From Hydrogenophilales bacterium (GTDB taxonomy: Bacteria; Pseudomonadota; Gammaproteobacteria; Burkholderiales; Eutrophovitaceae), in the NCBI GenBank assembly GCA_902601765.1, contig CACKOO010000004.1:5321-69320 (forward strand): a stretch of 64,000 bases of DNA. Reading direction: 5' to 3'. Positions within the stretch are counted from its first letter, which is position 1. Each line of letters begins with the position of its first letter. The translations under genes were made by a program, and so were the position numbers. The notes beneath the pieces are model-generated. The model made no database searches and had not been told where the DNA came from. It saw only the letters and a program-made list of their open reading frames with translations. Shown here piece after piece: positions 9,414 to 18,948 of this stretch.

Positions 9414-10563
9414 TGTCACTATAACTGGAGCGGGGCTAGTGGGTTGCGCCCTCGCTGTTTCCTTAGGGTTACAGAAAAAACGCGTGATGCTGATAGATGC
9501 AAAAAGCTTGCTGCTACCTCCGGAAGAGTCTAAAAAATTGGCGATCTCTTATGGAAGTAAAAGAATTTTAGAAAACCTTGGCGTCTGGCAAGACCTTAAT
9601 AGCGTCACTGCAATCGATAAAATTCATGTGTCTCATAAAGGACACTTTGGTCGTGCTCTTTTGAAGAAGGAACACCTAAAAATTCCAGCATTAGGCTACG
9701 TCGTGTCTTATCGAGAGTTGCAGTCTCGACTCCTGGATAGCGCTAAAAAAATTGGAGTGGAGATATCAGACGAATCCCTTGTAGTAAATACAGATTCATG
9801 CGACAAAACAGCAAAAGTAACTTTTGAAAGAAAACACCAAAAAAATGAGATAGAAACCTATCTTGCAGTAATAGCGGACGGTGGATCGGCTCTGGCGAAA
9901 AAAAACATGGGGAAATATCGTGAAACTAAATATAACCAAGAAGCTCTTTTGGCTATAGTGGCCTGTGATAAAGATCACAATAATTTGGCATTTGAACGTT
10001 TTACAAAAGACGGTCCGATCGCCCTTTTACCTTTCGGCAATTCCTATGCCTTAGTCTGGGTGGGAAAACCCATGGAATCTCAAAAAAGACTAAAGTTGAC
10101 TTCACGAGACTTCCTGGTATCGTTACAAAAATATTTTGGAACGCGTGCTGGTAAATTTACATCTGTCGCGGATCGCAAATGTGTACCTCTCCTCATGAGT
10201 TTTGCCCGAGACATTGTAGGTAATAGACTTTTAGTTCTTGGAAATGCAGCGCAAGCGTTACACCCCATAGCAGGTCAGGGGTTAAATCTCGGATTGCGTG
10301 ATATGGCGGAACTTGCCAACTTAACTAGTAAAAGTCAAAATGATGCTTTAGGAAGTATCCATTTTCTTTTGCAATATAAAAATTCTAGGTTGACTGATCG
10401 TTCGTTTGGGATAGCTTTTACTGACTTGCTGACAAAGATGTTTTCCAATAACCTAAAACCATTGGTATTAACAAGAGGGCTTGCGCTATCTATTTTAGAT
10501 ATAACACCAATTTTACGTAATTTTTTGATGAGACGAATGATTTTTGGAAGTAAGTTAACTTAA
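9403..10563 (+). CDS. ubiH: 2-octaprenyl-6-methoxyphenol hydroxylase (UbiH/COQ6 family FAD monooxygenase)
   Basis: GAGLVG, IADG, AFERFT-GPIALLP, GNAAQALHPIAGQGLNLGLRD; overlaps pepP. Confidence 0.85.
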   Translation: MVFDVTITGAGLVGCALAVSLGLQKKRVMLIDAKSLLLPPEESKKLAISYGSKRILENLGVWQDLNSVTAIDKIHVSHKGHFGRALLKKEHLKIPALGYVVSYRELQSRLLDSAKKIGVEISDESLVVNTDSCDKTAKVTFERKHQKNEIETYLAVIADGGSALAKKNMGKYRETKYNQEALLAIVACDKDHNNLAFERFTKDGPIALLPFGNSYALVWVGKPMESQKRLKLTSRDFLVSLQKYFGTRAGKFTSVADRKCVPLLMSFARDIVGNRLLVLGNAAQALHPIAGQGLNLGLRDMAELANLTSKSQNDALGSIHFLLQYKNSRLTDRSFGIAFTDLLTKMFSNNLKPLVLTRGLALSILDITPILRNFLMRRMIFGSKLT

Positions 10564-10647
10564 ATTATAATTAAAAATTCAAGGCCTTATGATTACCAAG
10601 ATTTGTAATAATAGCGAACAGCGGTTTACACGTCGAAGGGCGACCTT

Positions 10648-10887
10648 TTGATCGCAGATAACCTAATAGCAAAACATGTGCGACTAGCACTCAAAGAGTA
10701 TCTCAAAGACTTAGATGGCGAGAGCCCTATCGGGATTATGGGTATGGTAATTCATTCGGTCGAAAAACCAGCAATCGAAATCATTCTTGAACATGTAGAG
10801 GGCAACCAAACCAGGGCAGCATCCATACTTGGAATAAACAGAAACACACTCCGTAAAAAAATAAAAATTTACAACATAAAAACCTAA
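10648..10887 (+). CDS. fis: Fis-family DNA-binding protein (TTG start)
   Basis: YLKDLDGE...VEKP...GNQTRAASILGINRNTLRKK HTH; directly upstream of purH. Confidence 0.9.
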   Translation: MIADNLIAKHVRLALKEYLKDLDGESPIGIMGMVIHSVEKPAIEIILEHVEGNQTRAASILGINRNTLRKKIKIYNIKT

Positions 10888-10914
10888 TTATATTTTTAAA
10901 AGGTAGAGATTTTA

Positions 10915-12483
10915 ATGGCCGCACAAAGACAGTTAGCATTGATTAGTGTTTCCGACAAAACAGGACTCGCGGAACTTGCCAAGGGATTATTTGATTTAGG
11001 TTTTGAAATTTTGTCTACCGGAGGGACTGCAAGGTTAATATCAAAAATGGGCGTCAAATGTACGGAAGTATCTGAATATACAAACTTCCCGGAAATTTTA
11101 GATGGACGAGTTAAAACATTACATCCTAAAATCCACGGTGGGATTTTGGGAGATAGTCGAAAAAAAAATCATATAGATCAAATGTTAAACCATGACATCG
11201 CGATGATACCGATAGTAGTGGTTAATTTGTATCCATTTTTTTTAGCCACACAAAAACCATCCTGTTCTATCGATGAGGCTATTGAAAATATTGATATTGG
11301 GGGGCCAACATTAATAAGAGCAGCTGCAAAAAACTGGGAAAACGTCGGTGTTATTACATCAAGCCATAGATACGAGGAACTGTTGAGTAAGTTGAGAAAA
11401 ACCGATGGGATAATTGACAAAGAATATCGTTTTACATTAGCCAAAGAAGCGTTTGCACACACGGCGGCCTATGATGGAATGATTAGTAATTATCTGTCTG
11501 CCAAACAATTAGGTGGAGATGGATCTCCGTTTCCTACTACATTTAATCTTCAATATTCAAAAAAACAAGATTTAAGATATGGGGAAAATCCGCATCAAAA
11601 GTCGGCTTTTTATTTAGATAATTCAACGGACCAAAGAGGCTTAGGAGAATATAAACAACTAAATGGTAAAGAACTATCTTTTAATAATATAGTTGATACA
11701 GATACGGCTTGGGAATGCGTTAAAACCTTTAAAGAGCCCAGCTGCGTAATCGTAAAGCATGCAAACCCTTGTGGAGTTGCAAAAGGTAAGAGTTCTTTAA
11801 TTGCTTATGATAAAGCTTTTCTAGCAGACCCGACTTCGGCTTTTGGAGGCATAGTAGCGTTTAACTCCGAAGTTGATGAGAAAACGGCACTTGCTGTAAA
11901 TAAAACGTTTGTGGAAGTGGTAATAGCGCCAAAATTTTCTGCCGAAGCTTTTGTAGTCCTTAAACAAAAGGTAAATATTAGACTTCTTGAGTTGACAACC
12001 GCTTTTAATTCACAATCGTATGATATAAAAAAAATAAATGGAGGGTTGCTTGTACAAACTCCTGATAATGAAATAGACCTGAGTGAAAAACAAGTAACGT
12101 GTCCCACTAAAAGAAAACCAAACCAGGAAGAAAAACAAAATCTTATTTTTGCTTGGCAAGTGTCGAAATTTGTTAAATCAAATGCCATTGTTTTTTGTAA
12201 AAATGATATGACTATGGGAGTAGGCGCAGGGCAAATGAGCAGAATTGACTCCGTCAAAATAGCAGCGATGAAAGCAGAGAGATCAGGGTTGAGGCTGCGA
12301 GATACCGTCGTAGCGTCCGATGCTTTTTTTCCCTTTCCAGATGCCCTAGAGGAACTAGCTCGAGTGGGCGCCAGGGCAGTTATTCAACCGGGAGGCAGCA
12401 TAAAGGATAAAGAGGTGATTTCAGCCGCTGATAACCTTGGACTTGCCATGATTTTTACAGGCAAGCGTCATTTTAAGCACTAA
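10915..12483 (+). CDS. purH: Bifunctional AICAR transformylase / IMP cyclohydrolase
   Basis: ALISVSDKTG, GRVKTLHP, ENIDIGGP, LRYGENPHQ, KHANPCG, SDAFFPF, RHFKH. Confidence 0.98.
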   Translation: MAAQRQLALISVSDKTGLAELAKGLFDLGFEILSTGGTARLISKMGVKCTEVSEYTNFPEILDGRVKTLHPKIHGGILGDSRKKNHIDQMLNHDIAMIPIVVVNLYPFFLATQKPSCSIDEAIENIDIGGPTLIRAAAKNWENVGVITSSHRYEELLSKLRKTDGIIDKEYRFTLAKEAFAHTAAYDGMISNYLSAKQLGGDGSPFPTTFNLQYSKKQDLRYGENPHQKSAFYLDNSTDQRGLGEYKQLNGKELSFNNIVDTDTAWECVKTFKEPSCVIVKHANPCGVAKGKSSLIAYDKAFLADPTSAFGGIVAFNSEVDEKTALAVNKTFVEVVIAPKFSAEAFVVLKQKVNIRLLELTTAFNSQSYDIKKINGGLLVQTPDNEIDLSEKQVTCPTKRKPNQEEKQNLIFAWQVSKFVKSNAIVFCKNDMTMGVGAGQMSRIDSVKIAAMKAERSGLRLRDTVVASDAFFPFPDALEELARVGARAVIQPGGSIKDKEVISAADNLGLAMIFTGKRHFKH

Positions 12484-12550
12484 TGAAAATTGAGGGTAGC
12501 GCAAGTCTGTGACTGCATGTTTTTTGTAAATATTGATTGGTAGATGAAAA

Positions 12551-13828
12551 ATGTATGAGATTTTAGTAATTGGTTCTGGTGGGAGGGAGCATGCTATTGC
12601 TTGGGCGTTAGCAAAAGACAAAAGAGTAGCAACAGTATATGTCGCACCAGGCAATGGTGGAACTTTTACAGAGCCAAAGGTCAAAAACATACCGCTCCAC
12701 AGCTTTCAAGAACTTACGGATTTTGCTAGGAACAGAAATATACATTTAACTATAGTTGGTCCAGAAGCTCCTCTATCCCAGGGAATAGTCGATAAATTCA
12801 ATTCCGAAAACCTACCTATATTTGGTCCTACAAAAAATGCAGCCCAATTAGAGAGCTCCAAAGAGTTTGCTAAAGCTTTTATGCAACGCCACAATATTCC
12901 AACGGCAAGATACATGGTTTTTACAGATCCGGCCCTTGCACACGAACACGTAAATAAAAATGTTGATATTCCCATCGTCATAAAGGCTGATGGACTAGCA
13001 GCAGGTAAGGGAGTTGTCATAGCACAAACTTTGAAGGAAGCACATGTCACTATCGACATGATGCTTATAGACGGAAAGATGGGATCAGCGGGATCAAAAA
13101 TAATCATTGAAGAGTTTTTACAAGGAGAGGAAGTTAGTTTTATTGTTGCGGTAGATGGCACAAATGTCCTGCCCTTAGCTACTAGCCAAGATTATAAAAA
13201 ACTACTGGACGGTGATAATGGACCAAACACCGGGGGAATGGGCGCTTTCTCACCAGCTGGAAAAGTCTTTAATGAACAGTTACAAAATAAAGTTATGGCT
13301 AACGTAATATCACCTACTATTTCTGGGTTGAAAAAAGAAGGCATAATATATAAAGGGTTTCTCTATGCTGGACTGATTATTGCGGAAGACTCGACGCCTC
13401 GCGTGCTCGAATACAACTGCCGCCTTGGTGACCCTGAAACCCAACCAATATTATTTAGATTGAAAAGTAGTTTCCTCAATCTTATAGAACACGGCATTAA
13501 TCAAAGTCTTTCGTTATATGACATAAATTGGGACAGTCGGTGTGCAATTAGCTCAGTAATTGCTGCTCAAGGGTATCCTGGTAATCCACTAACGGGGACA
13601 CGGATTACGGATATTCCGCCAAATCAACCTGGGATTCATCTGTTCCACGCTGGTACAGAAAACAAAGACGGGGGCTTACGTGTTAACGGTGGTCGAATAA
13701 TTTGTGTAACGGCGTTAGGAAATGACATTAGCCATGCCAGAGCTAAAGTATACGATCACTTAGAAAAAATAGATATTCCAGGATCTCAGTTTAGAAAGGA
13801 CATTGGACTGAGAATGAAGCAACCATAA
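12551..13828 (+). CDS. purD: Phosphoribosylamine--glycine ligase
   Basis: GSGGREHA, APGNGG, VGPEAPL, KADGLAAGKGV, GPNTGGMGA, EYNCRLGDPETQ. Confidence 0.98.
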   Translation: MYEILVIGSGGREHAIAWALAKDKRVATVYVAPGNGGTFTEPKVKNIPLHSFQELTDFARNRNIHLTIVGPEAPLSQGIVDKFNSENLPIFGPTKNAAQLESSKEFAKAFMQRHNIPTARYMVFTDPALAHEHVNKNVDIPIVIKADGLAAGKGVVIAQTLKEAHVTIDMMLIDGKMGSAGSKIIIEEFLQGEEVSFIVAVDGTNVLPLATSQDYKKLLDGDNGPNTGGMGAFSPAGKVFNEQLQNKVMANVISPTISGLKKEGIIYKGFLYAGLIIAEDSTPRVLEYNCRLGDPETQPILFRLKSSFLNLIEHGINQSLSLYDINWDSRCAISSVIAAQGYPGNPLTGTRITDIPPNQPGIHLFHAGTENKDGGLRVNGGRIICVTALGNDISHARAKVYDHLEKIDIPGSQFRKDIGLRMKQP

Positions 13829-13843
13829 TCCTACAGACGAGAT

Positions 13844-14744
13844 GTGAACATTGACCAAGTAAAAGAGTTCCTAACCCTACTGCAGAAAAAAATTGTTACA
13901 GATTTAGAAACCCTAGATTACAATCGATTTCGCAAAGATATTTGGACGAGATCACTCGGGGGGGGGGGGGGTAACCTGTATTTTGGAAAATGGTTCTGTG
14001 ATCGAAAGAGGCGGGGTAAATTTCTCGCATGTGACTGGAGAAAAACTACCTCCTTCTGCTGTTGATAACCGGCCAGAGTTGGCTGGCTGTTCTTTTGAGG
14101 CCATGGGCTTATCGGTTGTGATACATCCGCTGAACCCCTTTATTCCAACAATCCACATGAATATTAGATTTTTTTTCGCCACAAAGAATTCTAATGTTCA
14201 TTGTTGGTGGTTTGGCGGAGGAATGGACTTAACGCCTTACTATGGAAACGAGGAAGACGTGAAACATTTCCACCGAGTGTTAAAAGATTCACTCGACCCT
14301 TTTGGGTCTGATATTTACTTTAAATTTAAACATTGGTGTGATAAATATTTTTTTATTTCACACAGAAATGAACCTCGGGGCGTAGGGGGTGTTTTTTTTG
14401 ACGACCTCTCTGACCCTGATTTTGAAACTTGCCTTGCCATGTGCAGAAGTTTAGGAAGCGCTTTCATACCTGCTTATGTTCCTATTATCAAACTTAGGCA
14501 GAATACAAGCTTCGGCAACAGGGAACGAGATTTTCAACTGTATCGGCGGGGCAGGTACGTAGAATTTAACTTAGTGTACGATCGGGGAACCCTTTTTGGA
14601 CTTCAATCACAAGGACGAATAGAGTCAATATTGATGTCGATGCCGCCACTTGTACATTGGAAATATGACTGGAAAGCAGAGAAAGGCTCACCGGAGAGTG
14701 AATTGATAACTAAATATTTAGTTCAAAGAGATTGGGTGACTTAG
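13844..14744 (+). CDS. hemF: Oxygen-dependent coproporphyrinogen III oxidase, split by a frameshift in a G14 run (13958-13971); may be an assembly error or a phase-variable/pseudogene allele
   Basis: The N-terminal ORF 13844.. ([11 protein letters not shown]) and C-terminal ORF 13983..14744 ([48 protein letters not shown]) join if one G is removed, giving [17 protein letters not shown]. Confidence 0.92.
13958..13971 (+). repeat. G14 homopolymer inside hemF
   Basis: Direct count: ctc-GGGGGGGGGGGGGG-taacc. Confidence 0.95.
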
Positions 14745-14887
14745 CTTTAGAATGAGAACTGTTTGCATTTAATTCCACGAACAGCTAGAGTAGTCGCCGT
14801 TCAAAAAAAAAATTTATTTTTGAACAAAACTTAACAGTTAACTAAAGGTCGTAATTCTGTCGCTTTTTTACTAAACAGGAGTTTACT

Positions 14888-15328
14888 TTGAAAAAATTTG
14901 TTATATTACTTTGTATAAACCTTTCCGCCTCAATTGCTTTTGCCAAGGAATACACTGTCGATCTGGTAACCGTTGGCGATAACAACGCGAGCATGGTGTT
15001 TGAACCAGGATTTATCAAAATTAATAAAGGGGACACCATAATATTCAAACCATCGGATGTTACCCACAATGCAGAATCTTTTTCTGTTCCACCAAACGCA
15101 AAACCATTTAAAACACCGTTAAACGGCAAACCAACAAAAGTTACCTTCAGCGAAGATGGAATTTATTTGTACAAATGCCTTCCGCACGCAATAATGGGTA
15201 TGTTAGGGGTGGTCCAGGTAGGGGAACCAGTAAATATGGAAGAAACTAAGAAAAACTGGGAAAAATTTAAGGCAACCGTAGCGATTAACAAAGATCGTGT
15301 GGATAATTACCTGAAAATGGTGAAATAA
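14888..15328 (+). CDS. Pseudoazurin (type 1 blue copper protein), TTG start
   Basis: Signal peptide, MVFEPGF, THNAES, YLYKCLPHAIMGMLGVVQVG (His/Cys/His/Met ligands), C-terminal helices; SD AGGAG upstream. Confidence 0.88.
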   Translation: MKKFVILLCINLSASIAFAKEYTVDLVTVGDNNASMVFEPGFIKINKGDTIIFKPSDVTHNAESFSVPPNAKPFKTPLNGKPTKVTFSEDGIYLYKCLPHAIMGMLGVVQVGEPVNMEETKKNWEKFKATVAINKDRVDNYLKMVK

Positions 15329-15373
15329 AAATTTAAATTTTCGTCAATTTGTTTCTTACCTAGGGCGAGATTT

Positions 15374-16081
15374 TTACTCACCTAGGTAAGCTTGTTTCAC
15401 CAAGCTATCTTTCATTAATTCACTTGACCTGCCCTGCAAAGAGATGCTTCCACTCTCCATAACGTAAGCCCGACTTGCGAACTCAAGAGCTAACTTAGCA
15501 TTTTGCTCTACTAACAAAATCGTAACATTAGATATAGAGATTTGATGAATAACCTCAAAAATTTTTTCAACCATAATGGGGGCTAACCCCATCGATGGTT
15601 CATCCAGTAAAAGGAGCTTTGGTCGTCCCATAAGCGCTCTACCAATAGCTAACATTTGCTGTTCTCCTCCAGAAAGTGTTCCCGCCACTTGACCTCTTCG
15701 CTCTGCTAACCTTGGAAACATTTCATAAACTTGGCTAATGTCTCTCCTGACTGTTATCTTATCTTTTCTCAGGAAAGCACCCATCAAAATATTCTCACTT
15801 ACAGTCAACCTCCCGAAAATTCCCCGACCTTCAGGAACCATTGAAAGCCCTCGCTTTACAAGTTGATCACAACGAAGGTTTTTAATTTGATTATTATCAA
15901 GCTTTAAATTTCCTTCGAATTTTAATAACCCACAAATGGCCTTTAGCAAAGTTGTTTTGCCAGCCCCATTTGACCCAATAAGAGCAATTACCTCGCCGTA
16001 TTCAACGGTTAAGCTAACCCCTTTGACCGCCTTTATCCCACCGTAAGACACTCTAAAATCACTTAAACTTAATAAGCTCAA
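15374..16081 (-). CDS. livF: Branched-chain amino acid ABC transporter ATPase
   Basis: GSNGAGKTT, VPEGRGIF, LSGGEQQMLAIGRALM, LLLDEPSMGLAP. Confidence 0.94.
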   Translation of the reverse strand: MSLLSLSDFRVSYGGIKAVKGVSLTVEYGEVIALIGSNGAGKTTLLKAICGLLKFEGNLKLDNNQIKNLRCDQLVKRGLSMVPEGRGIFGRLTVSENILMGAFLRKDKITVRRDISQVYEMFPRLAERRGQVAGTLSGGEQQMLAIGRALMGRPKLLLLDEPSMGLAPIMVEKIFEVIHQISISNVTILLVEQNAKLALEFASRAYVMESGSISLQGRSSELMKDSLVKQAYLGE

Positions 16082-16851
16082 GATAATTCTCCTCCAAGGT
16101 AGGCTTGTATCACGTCAGGGTTGGCTTTAATTTCTTTGGGTTCACCCTCAGCAATCTTCTTTCCGTAATCCAAAACCGCTACCGTGTCACATAAACCCAT
16201 TACTAACTTTACATCATGCTCTATTAATAAGATCGTAATCCCATCTCTCCTAATACGTACCAAAAGATCGCGCAACCCAGCCGTCTCGGTAGGATTCATT
16301 CCTGCTGCTGGCTCGTCTAGGGCGATAACCTTCGGGTTTGTCGCTAGGGCGCGGGCTATCTCTAAACGTCGTTGATCCCCATATGGTAGTGTTGTTGAAG
16401 GCTGGGTTAACTCAGGATCTAGCCCTACATAGTCCATTAAGCTCTTGGATTTATTCCTTAAATTAGTTTCCTCTTCTCTTGCACGGTAGTGACGGAATAC
16501 AGCACCCATTACCCCAGTTTTAGTACGCACGTGAAAACCAACCATTACATTTTCCAAGCCGCTCATATTACCAAATAGCCTAATATTTTGAAATGTGCGT
16601 GCTAACCCGGCTTTCACTATCAAATGCGGTTTCAAACCAGCCAAATCTTTTCCATCTAAATTAAATGTGCCTTGGTTTGGAGTATAAATTCCCGTCAATA
16701 TATTAAAAAGTGTCGTCTTACCAGCTCCATTTGGACCAATCAATCCGTAGATTTCACCCTTACCAATACCAAGATTAATCTTGGAAAGCGCTTTTAAACC
16801 TCCAAAAGATTTAGTGACTCCTTTTACTGATAGGACTATGTCTTTTTGCAT
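16078..16851 (-). CDS. livG: Branched-chain amino acid ABC transporter ATPase
   Basis: GPNGAGKTT, ARTFQNIRLF, LPYGDQRRLEIARALA, LDEPAAGMN, IEHD. Confidence 0.94.
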   Translation of the reverse strand: MQKDIVLSVKGVTKSFGGLKALSKINLGIGKGEIYGLIGPNGAGKTTLFNILTGIYTPNQGTFNLDGKDLAGLKPHLIVKAGLARTFQNIRLFGNMSGLENVMVGFHVRTKTGVMGAVFRHYRAREEETNLRNKSKSLMDYVGLDPELTQPSTTLPYGDQRRLEIARALATNPKVIALDEPAAGMNPTETAGLRDLLVRIRRDGITILLIEHDVKLVMGLCDTVAVLDYGKKIAEGEPKEIKANPDVIQAYLGGELS

Positions 16852-16869
16852 ATTTAAAGTCTCATCCAG

Positions 16870-17940
16870 CTAATGTTTTTTCGATGGCCATAAACCAGAG
16901 GGTCGCACCAACATGACTAAAATTAATGCCAACCCAAACAACACCATGCGCAAACTCTCAGGATCTATCCAAACACCTCCTAAAAGACTTTCCTGAATAG
17001 GAGAACTAATATCCCTAAGTATCTCTGGGAGAATCGCCAGTAATAAAGTGCCTAGAACTACACCCCAAACATTACCCATTCCACCTAGAACAACCATGCA
17101 GAGAACCATTATTGATTCTAGTAAAATAAAACTCTCCGGACTCACAAAACCTTGAAAGCTAGCAAATACACCACCTGCAACTCCACCAAAACTAGCGCCC
17201 ATGGCAAACGCCAAGAGTTTCATATTCCGGGTGTTTATCCCCATAGCCTGAGCCGCCGTTTCATCTTCCCGAATTGCTATCCAGGCTCTTCCCAACCTAG
17301 AGTTCTCTAATCGAATACAAACAAAAATACATGCTAACAAAAGCACAAGCAAAAGGTAGTAATAAATATGCGCGCCCGAAAAATTCACCCCAGCTATTTG
17401 TTGGGTCCGCGTTAAAGCGTATCCTCCTACACTTATGGGATCTATTAAATTAATTCCTACTGGACCATTCGTTATGTTGATAGGATGATCTAAGTTGTTA
17501 AGAAATATACGAACAATTTCCCCAAAACCCAATGTCACAATCGCAAGATAATCACCTCTTAATCTTAACGTTGGCGCACCAAGGAGAACTCCAAAAAATC
17601 CAGCGACAACAAAACCTATAGGAATAATTAACCAAAATGGCAAGTGCAATCCAAACTGTGGTGATGCCAATAGTGCCCAAGTGTAAGCTCCCACTGCATA
17701 AAAAGCGATATATCCTAGATCGAGCAGACCGGCAAATCCAACTACTATGTTAAGCCCAAGTGCAAGCATTCCGTAAATTAAGGCAAAATCAAGAATTCTC
17801 ACCCAAGTTCTTCCTATCGAGGCTTCAATGATAAACGGCAAAATTGCTAAAGTAATTGCCACAAGGGAATAGCCTAGCCAAACAATTTTGGGATTTTGGA
17901 ACGACTTAAATTTTTCTAAATAAAAAACTTTATTTATCAT
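16870..17940 (-). CDS. livM: Branched-chain amino acid ABC transporter permease
   Basis: GLNIVVGFAGLLDLGYIAFYAVGAY, LRGDYLAIVTLGFGEI, AIREDE. Confidence 0.94.
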   Translation of the reverse strand: MINKVFYLEKFKSFQNPKIVWLGYSLVAITLAILPFIIEASIGRTWVRILDFALIYGMLALGLNIVVGFAGLLDLGYIAFYAVGAYTWALLASPQFGLHLPFWLIIPIGFVVAGFFGVLLGAPTLRLRGDYLAIVTLGFGEIVRIFLNNLDHPINITNGPVGINLIDPISVGGYALTRTQQIAGVNFSGAHIYYYLLLVLLLACIFVCIRLENSRLGRAWIAIREDETAAQAMGINTRNMKLLAFAMGASFGGVAGGVFASFQGFVSPESFILLESIMVLCMVVLGGMGNVWGVVLGTLLLAILPEILRDISSPIQESLLGGVWIDPESLRMVLFGLALILVMLVRPSGLWPSKKH

Positions 17941-18878
17941 GTTCTGTCAGCAACCCTTTCCCCCATAATCCCAGTCGGCCGCAAAACGAGAACTCCTATG
18001 AGCACCAAAAACGCGAATACATCTTGATAGTGACTACCCATGAACCCCCCTGTAAAATCACTTATATAACCTGCCCCGATGCTCTCGATTAATCCCAATA
18101 AAATCCCCCCTAGCATTGCACCTGCCATATTACCAATGCCGCCCAAAACCGCAGCCGTAAATGCTTTTAGGCCGAGCATGAAACCCATCGAATAATGAGC
18201 TACACTATAATTCGCAAACACTAAAACTCCCGCGACTGCGGCGAGAGCTGCTCCTAAAACGAAGGTTAATGAAATAATATAATTAACATTTACCCCCATC
18301 AAACTAGCGATTTGAGGGCTTTCTGCCGTTGCTCGCATTGCCCGTCCTATTCTCGTAAAGTTTATCGTCAAAAGTAACGCTGACATAATCAAGATCGAAA
18401 TAATTATTATAAAAACTTGTACGTTCGTAATATTTGCTCCTCCAAAACTGTAGGAAACGGTGGAAAATAAATCAGGGAAGGTTTTATATTGTCTTCCCCA
18501 AATTATCATGGCAATATTTTGCAGAAGTATAGACATGCCTATAGCTGTTATTAAAGGGGCTAATCTGGGAGCATTGCGAAGTGGCCGATAGGCTACTCTT
18601 TCGATAAGAAATGCTAACATTGAACAAACTAAAATCGCGGTGATTACTGCAAATAACAATATAGCCCCATTTGAAAGTGGCGCTGGGAAACCAGATAAAA
18701 ATCCTATCATCGTGAGAACAACCATCGCCCCAATCATTACCACCTCTCCGTGAGCAAAATTTATTAATCCCAAAATTCCGTAAACCATCGTGTAGCCAAG
18801 CGCCACTAAAGCGTAAACACTGCCAAGCACTAGTCCATTTATTATCTGCTGTAAAAATATCTCCAAAATATCCCCCAA
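17937..18878 (-). CDS. livH: Branched-chain amino acid ABC transporter permease (TTG start, exact codon uncertain)
   Basis: [57 protein letters not shown]. Confidence 0.94.
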   Translation of the reverse strand: [313 protein letters not shown]

Positions 18879-18890
18879 ATCTTTTCAAGT

Positions 18891-18921
18891 AAAAGCGGCG
18901 CCTAACAAAGGCGCCGCTTTT
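18891..18921 (-). terminator. GC-rich stem-loop between the binding-protein gene and livH (partial terminator or mRNA stabiliser)
   Basis: AAAAGCGGCGCCT-aacaa-AGGCGCCGCTTTT, perfect 13-bp inverted repeat. Confidence 0.8.
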
Positions 18922-18948
18922 ATACGGAACTTTTTCCAGTGATTACAT

